From positions 16,211 through 67,299 of the forward strand of contig BLSG01000438.1 of NCBI GenBank assembly GCA_012862495.1: a stretch of 51,089 bases of DNA, written 5' to 3'. Both the position numbers and the translations under genes were made by a program. The notes under the pieces are model-generated. The model was not told where the DNA came from, ran no database searches, and worked only from the letters and a program-made list of their open reading frames with translations. Positions 1-10,500 of the stretch are shown here, one piece after another; the stretch's first letter is position 1, and every line of letters begins with the position of its first letter. Origin of the DNA: Thraustochytrium aureum. Lineage: Eukaryota.

Positions 1-454
1 CGAGCTCGGCAGCTTCCATGAAGGGTCGGTCGGCCCTTGCAGAGATGATTCTGGTTTTGCCGTTCATGGCCGCCCGTCCCGACAGCCTCAGCCAGTCAAA
101 CGCAGTCGATGCTTGCACGATGCCGTTTGGCCTCCACCGACGCCAGCCCGCCGGGGCCTGCTGCGTTGCCGAGTCCTCTGCGCCGCACGACAGCGAAGAC
201 TCGAGTGTGCCCAAGACACGCTTCAGCAGCTGCTTGCTCTTCCCTGGCGGCAAAACGACGGATAGAGGGACGCGGCCCGCAACGGGACATCTCTCGGCGC
301 GAGGGGCGCAGCGCGCGTGCGTGCTGGAGAGCCGCAGGCAGACCCACATGTGACGGACGGCCTTTTCCGAACTCGACGAGCGAGCTGCTCGTTGATCTCG
401 TTGGCTGGCACTCCACAACCTCCTCCTGACGCCGCGCTGCGCGCCTGCCCGGGG

Positions 455-2752
455 ATGGGCGAGCCCGGCCGCGTGACCGTCGAGGTTAGGAGCGGCGGAA
501 GCGCCGCGCCGGCCGCCGCGCTGCCGCATGTCGGACGCGTCCACCCCGAGACGGCGCTGTCCGCCTGGGAGGACGGCATCACGGTTGTGCTCCAAAGTGT
601 TGACGCGCCGAGCGAAGCCCTCGCGGCGCTGCGGCTCGTGGTCTGCGACGAGGCACCGCGCGGGGCGATCGTCGTAGATGAAGCCGCTGCGCGATGGATG
701 GGACAAAGGAACGTCACGATTCTGGCGGCGGCGGGCAAGGTTCAGGCTGCAGCGACGGCCGAGCTCGTTGTCGCCTCTGCCTCGCGAGCGGCTCGGGGCG
801 ATCCCGCGCTGGCCCACGTCGACCTCGCGGCTGCTGCATCCCGTCGCCTCCGAGGTCTTCCCGTGCTGCCAGGTTGTGCTTACTTTGTCCGCGTGCTTGG
901 GCACGAAATCGTCCTCCGCGCAGCGCAAGGAACTCCTTCTTCGGTTGACCTGCAGGACGCAGCTCCTCTGACGGTGCTCGGCCCGGAGACGGTCCTTGCG
1001 CCAGTCGAGCTTCACACGGCCGAAGGCGAGCCCGCCGACCGCGAGCCCTTGCCAGGCCTGGAGGAGGTCAGCGAGAATCTCGGTGCAATCTTGGCCGCGC
1101 GGTGTGGCGACCTCGCCACGCGCTCTGGCGCGCTGGCCCCCCACGGCGTTCTACTCGTGGGACCGCATGGGACGGGGAAAACTAGCCTGCTGCGGCGGTT
1201 CCGGCAACGCTGCGCAGAAAAGGAGCTCGTCGGCACGACGTGGGTGGACTGCACGCGGCTTGTCCTGGAGGCCGAAGGTGGCCAGTCCTTCGCAGACAGG
1301 GTGTCGAGCGCGTTCTCAGGCTCCCTCACCGTGATGTTCGTTGACAACCTCGATGCACTCGTTGTTTCAAGCCAAGGCAAGGGCCTGGTCGGCGTTCCTG
1401 ACGGCAGCGGCTCCGCACGAGCTCCGCAGAGCCCGAGCGAGGCGAAAGTGACAGACTGGCTCTGCTCTGCGATCGAGCACGCCGGCGCTGGACCCAACAG
1501 CGGCCTGCTCGTAATCGGATCCTGCACGGACGAGGCCCTGGAGCGGCTGCCGAGTCGCCTTGTTCAAGCCACAAGCTCGTGCGGATTCCCGGCACAGTTC
1601 GAGGTCCCGCAGCCTTCAGAGCAGACCCGAGCGGCGATTTTGGAAATCGCTCTCGCCAACCACAAGGTACTTGACCACGGGTCCGGCCGTGACGCCGCCG
1701 AGCTCGCCAGAGAGCTTGCCAGTCTAACCACCGGGTTTGTCGGCGCAGACTTGGAGCGCCTGTGCCGAGCCGCGCGCACGCGTGGCGCTACGAGTGGGTC
1801 GCAACTTGCGCACTTGGTGCGGGATGTGCGGCCCTCGCAGGTCGCGGCTTTCGACGTGTCGCGGCCGCACGCCGAGCGCCGCGAACCCGGCCAGTTCATA
1901 TGGAATGGCGTGGGGGGCTATGGCGCGGTCAAGGGCCGTCTGGAGCAGCTCCTGTTGTGGAACCAAACTCATCCGGACGACGCGCACCGCGGTATCATAC
2001 TTCACGGCCCGCCGGGGTGCGGCAAGACCCTGCTCGCCAACACGGTGGCCCAGCAGTTCAAAGGCAGCTTTGTTGCTGTCAAGGCCTCAGACCTACTGTC
2101 AAAGTACCTTGGCGAGAGCGAGCGGCTTGTGCGAGGCATTTTCCGCCGTGCGTCGAGAGCGGCGCCCTGCTTGCTCTTCATCGACGAGGTGGACGCGATC
2201 GGTTCGACTCGCGCAGGGGGCGGCGCCGCAGCTAGTCGCCTAATTGGAACGCTCCTCACGGAGATGGATGGCGTGTCTGCGCTGAATGGCGTCACCATCA
2301 TCGCGGCGACGAGCCGGCTTGACGACCTCGACCCTGCGCTCCTGCGGCCTGGCCGCTTGGGAGCGCGTGTGCACGTCCCGCCGCCAGACGCTGAGGACCG
2401 CGAGGCTGTCCTCCGCTCGTGCACTGCTGGGATGCCTGTCGCGCATGACGTCGATCTCGTGGGCCTCGCTTGCGCTTCGGATGGGGCATCCTGCGCTGAG
2501 CTTGCGGCTGTCTGCGTTGAAGCAGGCATGGCCGCCTTGCGCGACGAGATCAGCCGCGGGAGCGGTGCCGAGTCTCCCGCTGTGATTTCGCGCGATCACT
2601 TTGCTCATGCCCTCCACTCAGTCCTTGCTCCGCCCGCGGGCGGCGCTCGCGCCCATTCAGTTCAGCTGAGTGCTCCCTCAGCCCCGGCAGCCGCTCCCAC
2701 CGACGAGCTGGGCCCAGCCGGCCAGCGAGCGACCCAGACGCATCTGCAGTAG
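455..2752 (+). CDS. Type II (two-domain) AAA+ ATPase, CDC48/SPATA5/PEX1-like
   Basis: Two Walker A motifs (GPHGTGKT, GPPGCGKT). D2 has Walker B LFIDEVD and SRH DPALLRPGRL. D1 Walker B is MFVDNLD (degenerate). First in-frame ATG at 455, TAG at 2750-2752. Confidence 0.88.
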   Translation: MGEPGRVTVEVRSGGSAAPAAALPHVGRVHPETALSAWEDGITVVLQSVDAPSEALAALRLVVCDEAPRGAIVVDEAAARWMGQRNVTILAAAGKVQAAATAELVVASASRAARGDPALAHVDLAAAASRRLRGLPVLPGCAYFVRVLGHEIVLRAAQGTPSSVDLQDAAPLTVLGPETVLAPVELHTAEGEPADREPLPGLEEVSENLGAILAARCGDLATRSGALAPHGVLLVGPHGTGKTSLLRRFRQRCAEKELVGTTWVDCTRLVLEAEGGQSFADRVSSAFSGSLTVMFVDNLDALVVSSQGKGLVGVPDGSGSARAPQSPSEAKVTDWLCSAIEHAGAGPNSGLLVIGSCTDEALERLPSRLVQATSSCGFPAQFEVPQPSEQTRAAILEIALANHKVLDHGSGRDAAELARELASLTTGFVGADLERLCRAARTRGATSGSQLAHLVRDVRPSQVAAFDVSRPHAERREPGQFIWNGVGGYGAVKGRLEQLLLWNQTHPDDAHRGIILHGPPGCGKTLLANTVAQQFKGSFVAVKASDLLSKYLGESERLVRGIFRRASRAAPCLLFIDEVDAIGSTRAGGGAAASRLIGTLLTEMDGVSALNGVTIIAATSRLDDLDPALLRPGRLGARVHVPPPDAEDREAVLRSCTAGMPVAHDVDLVGLACASDGASCAELAAVCVEAGMAALRDEISRGSGAESPAVISRDHFAHALHSVLAPPAGGARAHSVQLSAPSAPAAAPTDELGPAGQRATQTHLQ

Positions 2753-3535
2753 AAAACATCAACGTATTGGTCGATCTTGTCGCCAGTATTGCCGAGCGAG
2801 CGCCGAGCGCCGCCACGGGNNNNNNNNNNNNNNNNNNNNNNNNNNNNNNNNNNNNNNNNNNNNNNNNNNNNNNNNNNNNNNNNNNNNNNNNNNNNNNNNN
2901 NNNNNNNNNNNNNNNNNNNNNNNNNNNNNNNNNNNNNNNNNNNNNNNNNNNNNNNNNNNNNNNNNNNNNNNNNNNNNNNNNNNNNNNNNNNNNNNNNNNN
3001 NNNNNNNNNNNNNNNNNNNNNNNNNNNNNNNNNNNNNNNNNNNNNNNNNNNNNNNNNNNNNNNNNNNNNNNNNNNNNNNNNNNNNNNNNNNNNNNNNNNN
3101 NNNNNNNNNNNNNNNNNNNNNNNNNNNNNNNNNNNNNNNNNNNNNNNNNNNNNNNNNNNNNNNNNNNNNNNNNNNNNNNNNNNNNNNNNNNNNNNNNNNN
3201 NNNNNNNNNNNNNNNNNNNNNNNNNNNNNNNNNNNNNNNNNNNNNNNNNNNNNNNNNNNNNNNNNNNNNNNNNNNNNNNNNNNNNNNNNNNNNNNNNNNN
3301 NNNNNNNNNNNNNNNNNNNNNNNNNNNNNNNNNNNNNNNNNNNNNNNNNNNNNNNNNNNNNNNNNNNNNNNNNNNNNNNNNNNNNNNNNNNNNNNNNNNN
3401 NNNNNNNNNNNNNNNNNNNNNNNNNNNNNNNNNNNNNNNNNNNNNNNNNNNNNNNNNNNNNNNNNNNNNNNNNNNNNNNNNNNNNNNNNNNNNNNNNNNN
3501 NNNNNNNNNNNNNNNNNNNNNNNNNNNNNNNNNNN

Positions 3536-5980
3536 CTCCAGCGCCTCGGTGGTCAGTAATCGATTGAGCCACTCGTCTAGTCATCACGGGAGCACGGGGC
3601 ACACCGGGACAACCACGTCGACGCACCACGCCTCGAGCGCCCATCATAGCGCTGGACACACCTCGACACACTCTCGCACGCACGACAAGTTGGCCTCTGG
3701 GAGCTCGTCGGCAAGCAGCTCTTCGTCGCTGTCGAGTGGCTCTGGCTCCTCGAAAAGCGCCGCAAGCGCAAGCGGCGGCGGGGACGACGGCGGCGCCGCC
3801 ACCGCCGCGCGCAGCGACGGCCAGAGCACGATCACGCCGCCGAAATGGAGCAGACGCCGACGCTACAAAAAGTCTCCGGCCAAGCAGGCCCTCCACGACT
3901 ACTTTGAAGCGCTCAAGGGCTCCATCATTTCCGAGTCGACGGACGAGACCCTGCAGAGCCTGAAGAAGCTCGAGGCGCTGATGCAAGTGTGCGACTACAG
4001 CATCGAGGACGTTGATGAGATCAGCGACTCGGGCGACGACGTCGCCGACCAGCTGGCCGCGGTCGTGGGGCTCGAAGAAATGGAGGAAGACATGGACCTA
4101 GGCCTTGACGACGGCGACGACTCTGGCGGCGGCGAAGGCAGCGAAGGGGGCGCGGGCGCAACGGGCGCCTCCGGCACATCTGGCTCGGCAAGCGGCAAGC
4201 GCCGCTCGCGCGGCAAGTGGGCCCGCCAGCACACGGTCGACAAGCAGGAGATTGCGCGGCTCCGCTGGACGATCAAAAAGCTCAAGGACCACCAGGCCGC
4301 CGAGGTGCAAAAGCTCGTCAAGGTCAAGACGCGCGTCGAAAACCTCGTCAACTCCCTCTCCGGGACCAAGCAGAACCTGCTGCAAGCCAAGCAAGAGAGC
4401 GTCGACCTGGAAAAGGAGCTGGAGCGCATCCATCGCCAGGCCCACGACGCCGCGCAGCTGGAGAAAGAGATATCAGAAATCCAAGAGCATGCGCGCATCA
4501 ACTACGAGACCGGCCAAGTCGAGCTCGCGCTCGAGTCGGGCGAGACGTCTCAGATCAGCCTGGACGAGGTCGCCGCGAAGATGCAGCTTCGGAACAAGGA
4601 CAAAGGCAATGGCCGCCACTTGTACCCTCCGACGAGGGTCGGCACGGGCACCACGACAAGACGGACGACCTGCTCTCCAACTTGGCCGACCCTGCCGTGC
4701 TGCACGCCGACCTGCGACTCTTGCTCGACATTGTGCTCTTGCTTGGCTCCGCCACCATCGGAGGTATGATGGCTGCAGTGGGCTACATGCCGCCAATCAT
4801 CGGCTACATCGCCGGGGGGGTCATTGTTGGCCCCTCGGGCCTCGACCTGGTCCACACCGTTGTGGAAGTGGACACGCTCGCGCAGTTTGGGAGCGTGTTC
4901 TTCCTCTTCGCCCACGGCCTCGAGTACTCGTTTTCAGAGCAGCGGCAGTTCCAGACCGTCGCCGTGGGCGGCTGTCTCCTGAGCACCGCGATTTGCGCCG
5001 TCTCGATCCAGGCCTACGCGCTCGCCTCCGGAATCGTGCAGAGTCCGCTTGAGGGAGGCCTGCTTGGGCTCAGCAGCTCGCTCAGCTCGCTCTCGCTCGT
5101 GCTCGACTATCTCCACGAGCAGCACCTGCTTCACACGGTGCACGGCAAGGTCATGGTGGGCTTCCTCACCTTTCAGGGGCTCATGATGGGTCTGCTCTTC
5201 TCTCTCCCGCCAGCGATATCGGGCGGGGTCGTCTCAATGGGCGGTGTTGGGTTTGCTCTCTTGCGCTCATTTTCTGGGATCATGCTGGTTGCAGCTTTTG
5301 CGTACACATTCTCCAGGTATGCGCTCCCGACGCTGTTGGACTTTCTGACCAAGAACAGGGCCAACTACAACGAGCTGTATCTGCTCGGGATCGTCTCTTT
5401 GGCGATGGTAATGGCGCTCCTGACAGAGTTTCTGGGCTTGTCGCTGGACCTCGGCGCTTTTTTCGCGGGCCTGATGCTTGCCGGCACGCCGTACATGAAG
5501 CGCACCTCGGCTGCGATCCAGCCATTGGCGAGTGTTTACGCGGCGATGCTCTTTGCCTCGATTGGGATGATCATCAACCCGATGTTCTTTTGGACCAACC
5601 TCGGGGTCATCTTGATCGTGGTGATCCAGATCGTGGTGATCAAAGTCATCGTGATCACCACCGTGGTCCGCCTGTTCAGCTACTCGTGGAAAATCTCCAT
5701 CATTTCTGGCATCGGGCTCGCGCACGTCGGCGAGTTCTCGCTGCTCTTTTCGTCCAAGCTGCAGGCGCACCTGCTGCTCTCGCGTCGCGCCTACCTGGTC
5801 TTTCTGGCCGCAACGGTTACTACGATCGTGCTGGCGCCGCTCGTGCTCCGCATGATGCACTATGTGATTCCGCGGATCATGCAGGTCCTCAACATCCCAA
5901 ACGTCGAGACGGAGGACGACTACCGCGCGCACTACCAACAGCGCCATCCGCGAAGCCAACTGCGCGAGAACGCGTTCTAG
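3536..5980 (+). CDS. CPA2-family K+/H+ antiporter, KEA4-6/TMCO3-like, with N-terminal low-complexity and coiled-coil region; 5' end in gap, frameshift near 4611
   Basis: Multi-TM domain with GYIAGGVIVGPSGL, LAQFGSVFFLFAHGLEYS, LGAFFAGLML, FASIGM and GLAHVGEFSLL. The upstream frame encodes S/H/T-rich and heptad coiled-coil sequence and joins with a one-base correction. Confidence 0.88.
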
Positions 5981-6186
5981 CTGCGCGAGAGAGAGGGAGG
6001 GAGGGCCGCGCTTGTCTCGTGTCCAAGCGCTGTCTCGTGCCCAACGCATCTGCTTTAAAACGAAGTCCAAAGGAAACTATTTGCCTTGTCTGGTGCGCGG
6101 GTTGGTGGAGGGCAGGCGCCAGAGGCCCAACGCGCCAACGTGAGGCGAGGCGCGATGCTTCCTCGGGCACGATCGTCAGTCGGCTG

Positions 6187-6787
6187 TCAAAAGATCACAC
6201 CGATGTACTCCGCGCGCGGAAACCTCTCCGCCAACGCCGGCCATTGGACCACGAAACGGTCCGCGACATGATACAGGATGCGCCCCGTCAGCGAGAGCGT
6301 CTTGACTCTGCACCAGCTCTCGACAAAAACGATGCAAGGGTCGCCGAGCCCCAAGAACCGCAAAAGTATTGCGCCAAAGCAGACAGGGACGCAGGTGCCT
6401 GGGCCGTTGCAGATCAGCAAGTCGGGACTGGTTTCGACCACGACGCGCACGCTGTCCCAAGCCGCCAAGGCCGTGGTCCAGACCGACGACGAGAAACTCT
6501 GTCCAACTTCGCGGCTGCGTCGGATGCGGTGCACGGTTGCCGCGCTCGACAGCGCCGGGAAGCTGCTCTCGACCTTGGGCAGGCTCGTCGAGTCCGTCTC
6601 GGCGACAACCAGGTGGAGCGGTTTGTACCTCCCCAAGTCCAGCGTCCTCAGCAGCGCCAGCATCTCTGCCGTGTGGCCCCCCGACCCGAGCACGGCAAGC
6701 GTTACGCACCGCTCCCCTGCCATGATCTTCTGCGCCCTGCGCGCCTTTCGCGTCCGCAAGCTCCACCTGCAGCAGCGCGCCGCGTCA
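6187..6787 (-). CDS. ALG14: UDP-N-acetylglucosamine transferase subunit ALG14 (5' end in gap)
   Basis: Motifs VLGSGGHTAEML, RIRRSREVGQS, PDLLICNGPGTCVP, FVESWCRVKTLSLTGRILY and FVVQWP. Confidence 0.93.
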
Positions 6788-7509
6788 NNNNNNNNNNNNN
6801 NNNNNNNNNNNNNNNNNNNNNNNNNNNNNNNNNNNNNNNNNNNNNNNNNNNNNNNNNNNNNNNNNNNNNNNNNNNNNNNNNNNNNNNNNNNNNNNNNNNN
6901 NNNNNNNNNNNNNNNNNNNNNNNNNNNNNNNNNNNNNNNNNNNNNNNNNNNNNNNNNNNNNNNNNNNNNNNNNNNNNNNNNNNNNNNNNNNNNNNNNNNN
7001 NNNNNNNNNNNNNNNNNNNNNNNNNNNNNNNNNNNNNNNNNNNNNNNNNNNNNNNNNNNNNNNNNNNNNNNNNNNNNNNNNNNNNNNNNNNNNNNNNNNN
7101 NNNNNNNNNNNNNNNNNNNNNNNNNNNNNNNNNNNNNNNNNNNNNNNNNNNNNNNNNNNNNNNNNNNNNNNNNNNNNNNNNNNNNNNNNNNNNNNNNNNN
7201 NNNNNNNNNNNNNNNNNNNNNNNNNNNNNNNNNNNNNNNNNNNNNNNNNNNNNNNNNNNNNNNNNNNNNNNNNNNNNNNNNNNNNNNNNNNNNNNNNNNN
7301 NNNNNNNNNNNNNNNNNNNNNNNNNNNNNNNNNNNNNNNNNNNNNNNNNNNNNNNNNNNNNNNNNNNNNNNNNNNNNNNNNNNNNNNNNNNNNNNNNNNN
7401 NNNNNNNNNNNNNNNNNNNNNNNNNNNNNNNNNNNNNNNNATAAATTGGTGAGTTTTATCAGTTTCATCGCAAAATCCGGTCTGTGGCGAGCGGCGAGCG
7501 TGTTCTAGG

Positions 7510-7551
7510 ACTGTCAGCAGCTCGTTGGGTACTGTCAGCAGGTCGTTGGGT
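7510..7551. repeat. 21-bp tandem duplication ACTGTCAGCAG(C/G)TCGTTGGGT
   Basis: Two adjacent copies with one mismatch, read directly. Confidence 0.75.
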
Positions 7552-7563
7552 TGCTGCTAACAG

Positions 7564-10500
7564 TCACCTGCTGTTGCGTTCCGGGGAAGAGGCCTTTGCC
7601 GCTCCCTGTTGGGCTCGAAACGAGATCTCAGCCAAGCAAGTTTCGACCAGAGACGGCGGGTTGCCCGGGAGCCGCACGGTGCATAACCCAGACGGCCGTC
7701 GCTCAAGGAGCAAACCACACCGCCCATCGGCAAGGACGACGGGCTCTAGCAGCCCGTCCAAATAGTCGATCGCTGTCGAGGCGGTCGCAAGACGGTGTCG
7801 GGGCAGGCAGTTTCCGAAGACTCGCTCCCCTTCGCACACCAGAGCAGTGTCAGCCGCAGGGTCGTCCCAAGTCCAGTTCTCAGACGATCGCGTCGTGTAC
7901 CTCGGCACCCTGGTGCGCTCGTCCTCTGCTGGTTCTGCCTGGAGTTTGCCCTGCGGAGTCGAAGATTTACATTTACCCGCCTTGGACTTGCTCTGCTTCG
8001 CCGCCTTTTTGCTCGGCCGAGCAGTTGCAGCCGCTTTCAGCTCGCGCCTCTGCTTTTTGTTCGGTTTGGTGCGCGACTCGGTGCGCGACTCGGTGCGCGT
8101 CCCCTTTTGCCCGGCCGGAGGCCCCCCCGCGTCGTCCTCCATGCCCTTGCGCCGCTTTGCAGGCCTAGGTCGCGTTGAGGTGGTCGAATCGCTCGAGTTC
8201 CTGCCGCTTGCGAGGTTGGCGATGGCCCGCCGCACCTCTGCATGCTGCGAGTTGTCTCGCTGCGAAAGGGCAGTACGTCTTGCAGAAGCGCTAAGGTTGT
8301 GCGATTCGATGTGCGTCCGGAGTTGCTCCCGCTTGACGGTTCCAAGTTTGCAGAGGGGCACCCTGCACCGATACGGCCACGGCTCGCCGTGGCTTGTGCA
8401 GTTGTGTGCCATCAGCGAATCAAAAAAGCGAAAACGGACTTGGTCCCCGTCACATCGGCCGCACACGTGCCGTCCGAACAAGGGCGCCAAGCGCTTGCTG
8501 AGAATCCGGTACGAGACTGACCGAGTTTGAAAGCAAATGCTGGGGCACCCCTCGTCAACCCCAAAGCCCCCGTTGCGGTAAAAGTCGAGGGCGCGAGAGT
8601 TGTTGGTCAGCACGGTCAGCATGAGCAGCGGTACGTCTCGGGCTCGGGCTGCGCTCTCAACGTGCATCATGAGGCTCCGGCCAAGCCCCATTCCGCGCGC
8701 TTGCTCCACGAGTTGCAATTCGTGCAAGTAGGCGACCGGCCAAAAGTGGTCTCCCTCAAACTCGTTCGAAACACGAAAGGCAGCGAACCCGACGACGTCC
8801 AAAGCAGCAGTTGCAACGTCGCATCCTGCAACTCGGTCCACCAGGGCGTTAACGACGTCCAAGCACGCTGCCTTGTCCGAGTCCAGCACTGCAGTTTTCA
8901 GCTCGGGCAAGCTGAACGGCGAACCACATGACCTGCGCGCGCGGGCGACCACGAACTCCATTCCTTCCGAGCGAATGAGCTCGTCGACCTTTTTCGTGTC
9001 GCTCCAGTCTTCCCAGCCTTTTGCAGCATTGTACTTGGCTTGCATGTTGCACTTTGTGAGCGACAGCAGCGCGCGGCCAAGCGCCCAGGGCATTGTTGCG
9101 CTCGTATACGCCTCCAGCGCAAGGCCTTGTATGCCTTGTACCGCAGGCGCGCCCGCGACTACGCCAGAATCGCACTGGGCAGGCGAGCTACAGCAAACTC
9201 CGGATGCGTCCAAAAGGCTACACGACTTGGCCTGGACGACGACCTCGGGGCGCGCCGCGTCCCGATTCAGATCAGCGCCGGCATCCGCGCCTCCAGAACT
9301 GGACGTCGCTCCGCCGGCTTCGCAACTATCGCTTTTGCTCAAGGTGGCGCCAAGCTCGTCAAGGGCAGGCTCCACCGCTCGTGCTCGGGGTGGGCTCTCC
9401 GCTGGAGCTCGACAGGTCGCCGTTGGCGATGTCGCCGTTGGCGATGTCGCAGTTGTGAATGGGTCACTTTGTGGCAGCGCCTTGACCTTGAGCACCTCGG
9501 CCGCAGCTTCGTCTGCTAACAAGGCTGGTGGGGCGCCAACTCCAACTCGGTCGCTTGCAGCTGCTTGGTGGATAGCTTTTGCAGCTTCTGAGGCGTTTGC
9601 TTCCCGTGGTGCGATGCTCGAGCCGTGTTCGGCAGCAGGAAGCGTCTTGGCAAGCCTGACTGGGCGCCCCTTGCGCGATCGCCTTGGCGCGCCTCCGCCC
9701 TGCGCAGCCGATTTCTCTGGTGCATGCGACGGCGAACTGCGCGGTTGAAGCGGCGTCGCTGCTGTAGCGTGCTGCGTCAGCGCCTCGGTCTGACAGTTTC
9801 CAGTGGGCAGGTTGAGTTGCGCCTTCCCATTGCCTTCGTCGAGGCGCGAAGGCTCCAGGTTGTTTGCTTTCGCCCGGTCCAGGTCAGCAAGTAGCCTTTG
9901 CCCGTGCGCCTGATTGAGCGCCGCAAACCGGCTCAAGCACACGACCTGCTGCTTCGCCAGCCTGGAGCCCAGGTCGCCCAGGTCGGTAATGCCCCCGCCG
10001 GCGTCGTTTTGCATCGTGGCTAGCATGGTTGCGACCAAATCCCTCCTCTTGCTTCTGCAATTGGTCTGCAATCGTTGCCTCGAGACAACCGCCAGAACTT
10101 TGACGCTCTGCAGGCGGCGTGGGCCGCTGCCCTGCCCCTTGAGCTTGCACCTGTGATGCTGGCGCGAAACCCAGCTCATCCCCTTGAGCTTGCAGTGGCA
10201 TCTGTGGTGCTGGCGCGGAACCCAGCGCATTGCGCTTGTCGACAAGTCCCCGGCCAAATGTTCTTTGCACCACAGCCATGATCATCGTGAAGAAGTCGGG
10301 CTCGTGGTTCTTCGCCGCTGCACCATTGTCCGTGTGGCGCCTGGTCGGTTTTGGAGGCTCCGCTTGTCGCATGGGTGGCTGTACTGCAACGTGCGCCCCC
10401 GGGTTGCCTCCCTGATTGGTTGCTGTTGAGGCGCCAGCTGGGCCCTTGCATGCGCCAGGAGCTCGAGCCTGGCTGGATCGCGAGACGGACTGCACAGCCC

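Noticed and set aside
1..416. Possible minus-strand gene running off the left edge (..AFDWLRLSGRAAMNGKTRIISARADRPFMEAAEL)
   Set aside because: Too short, frame ambiguous and no identifiable motif.
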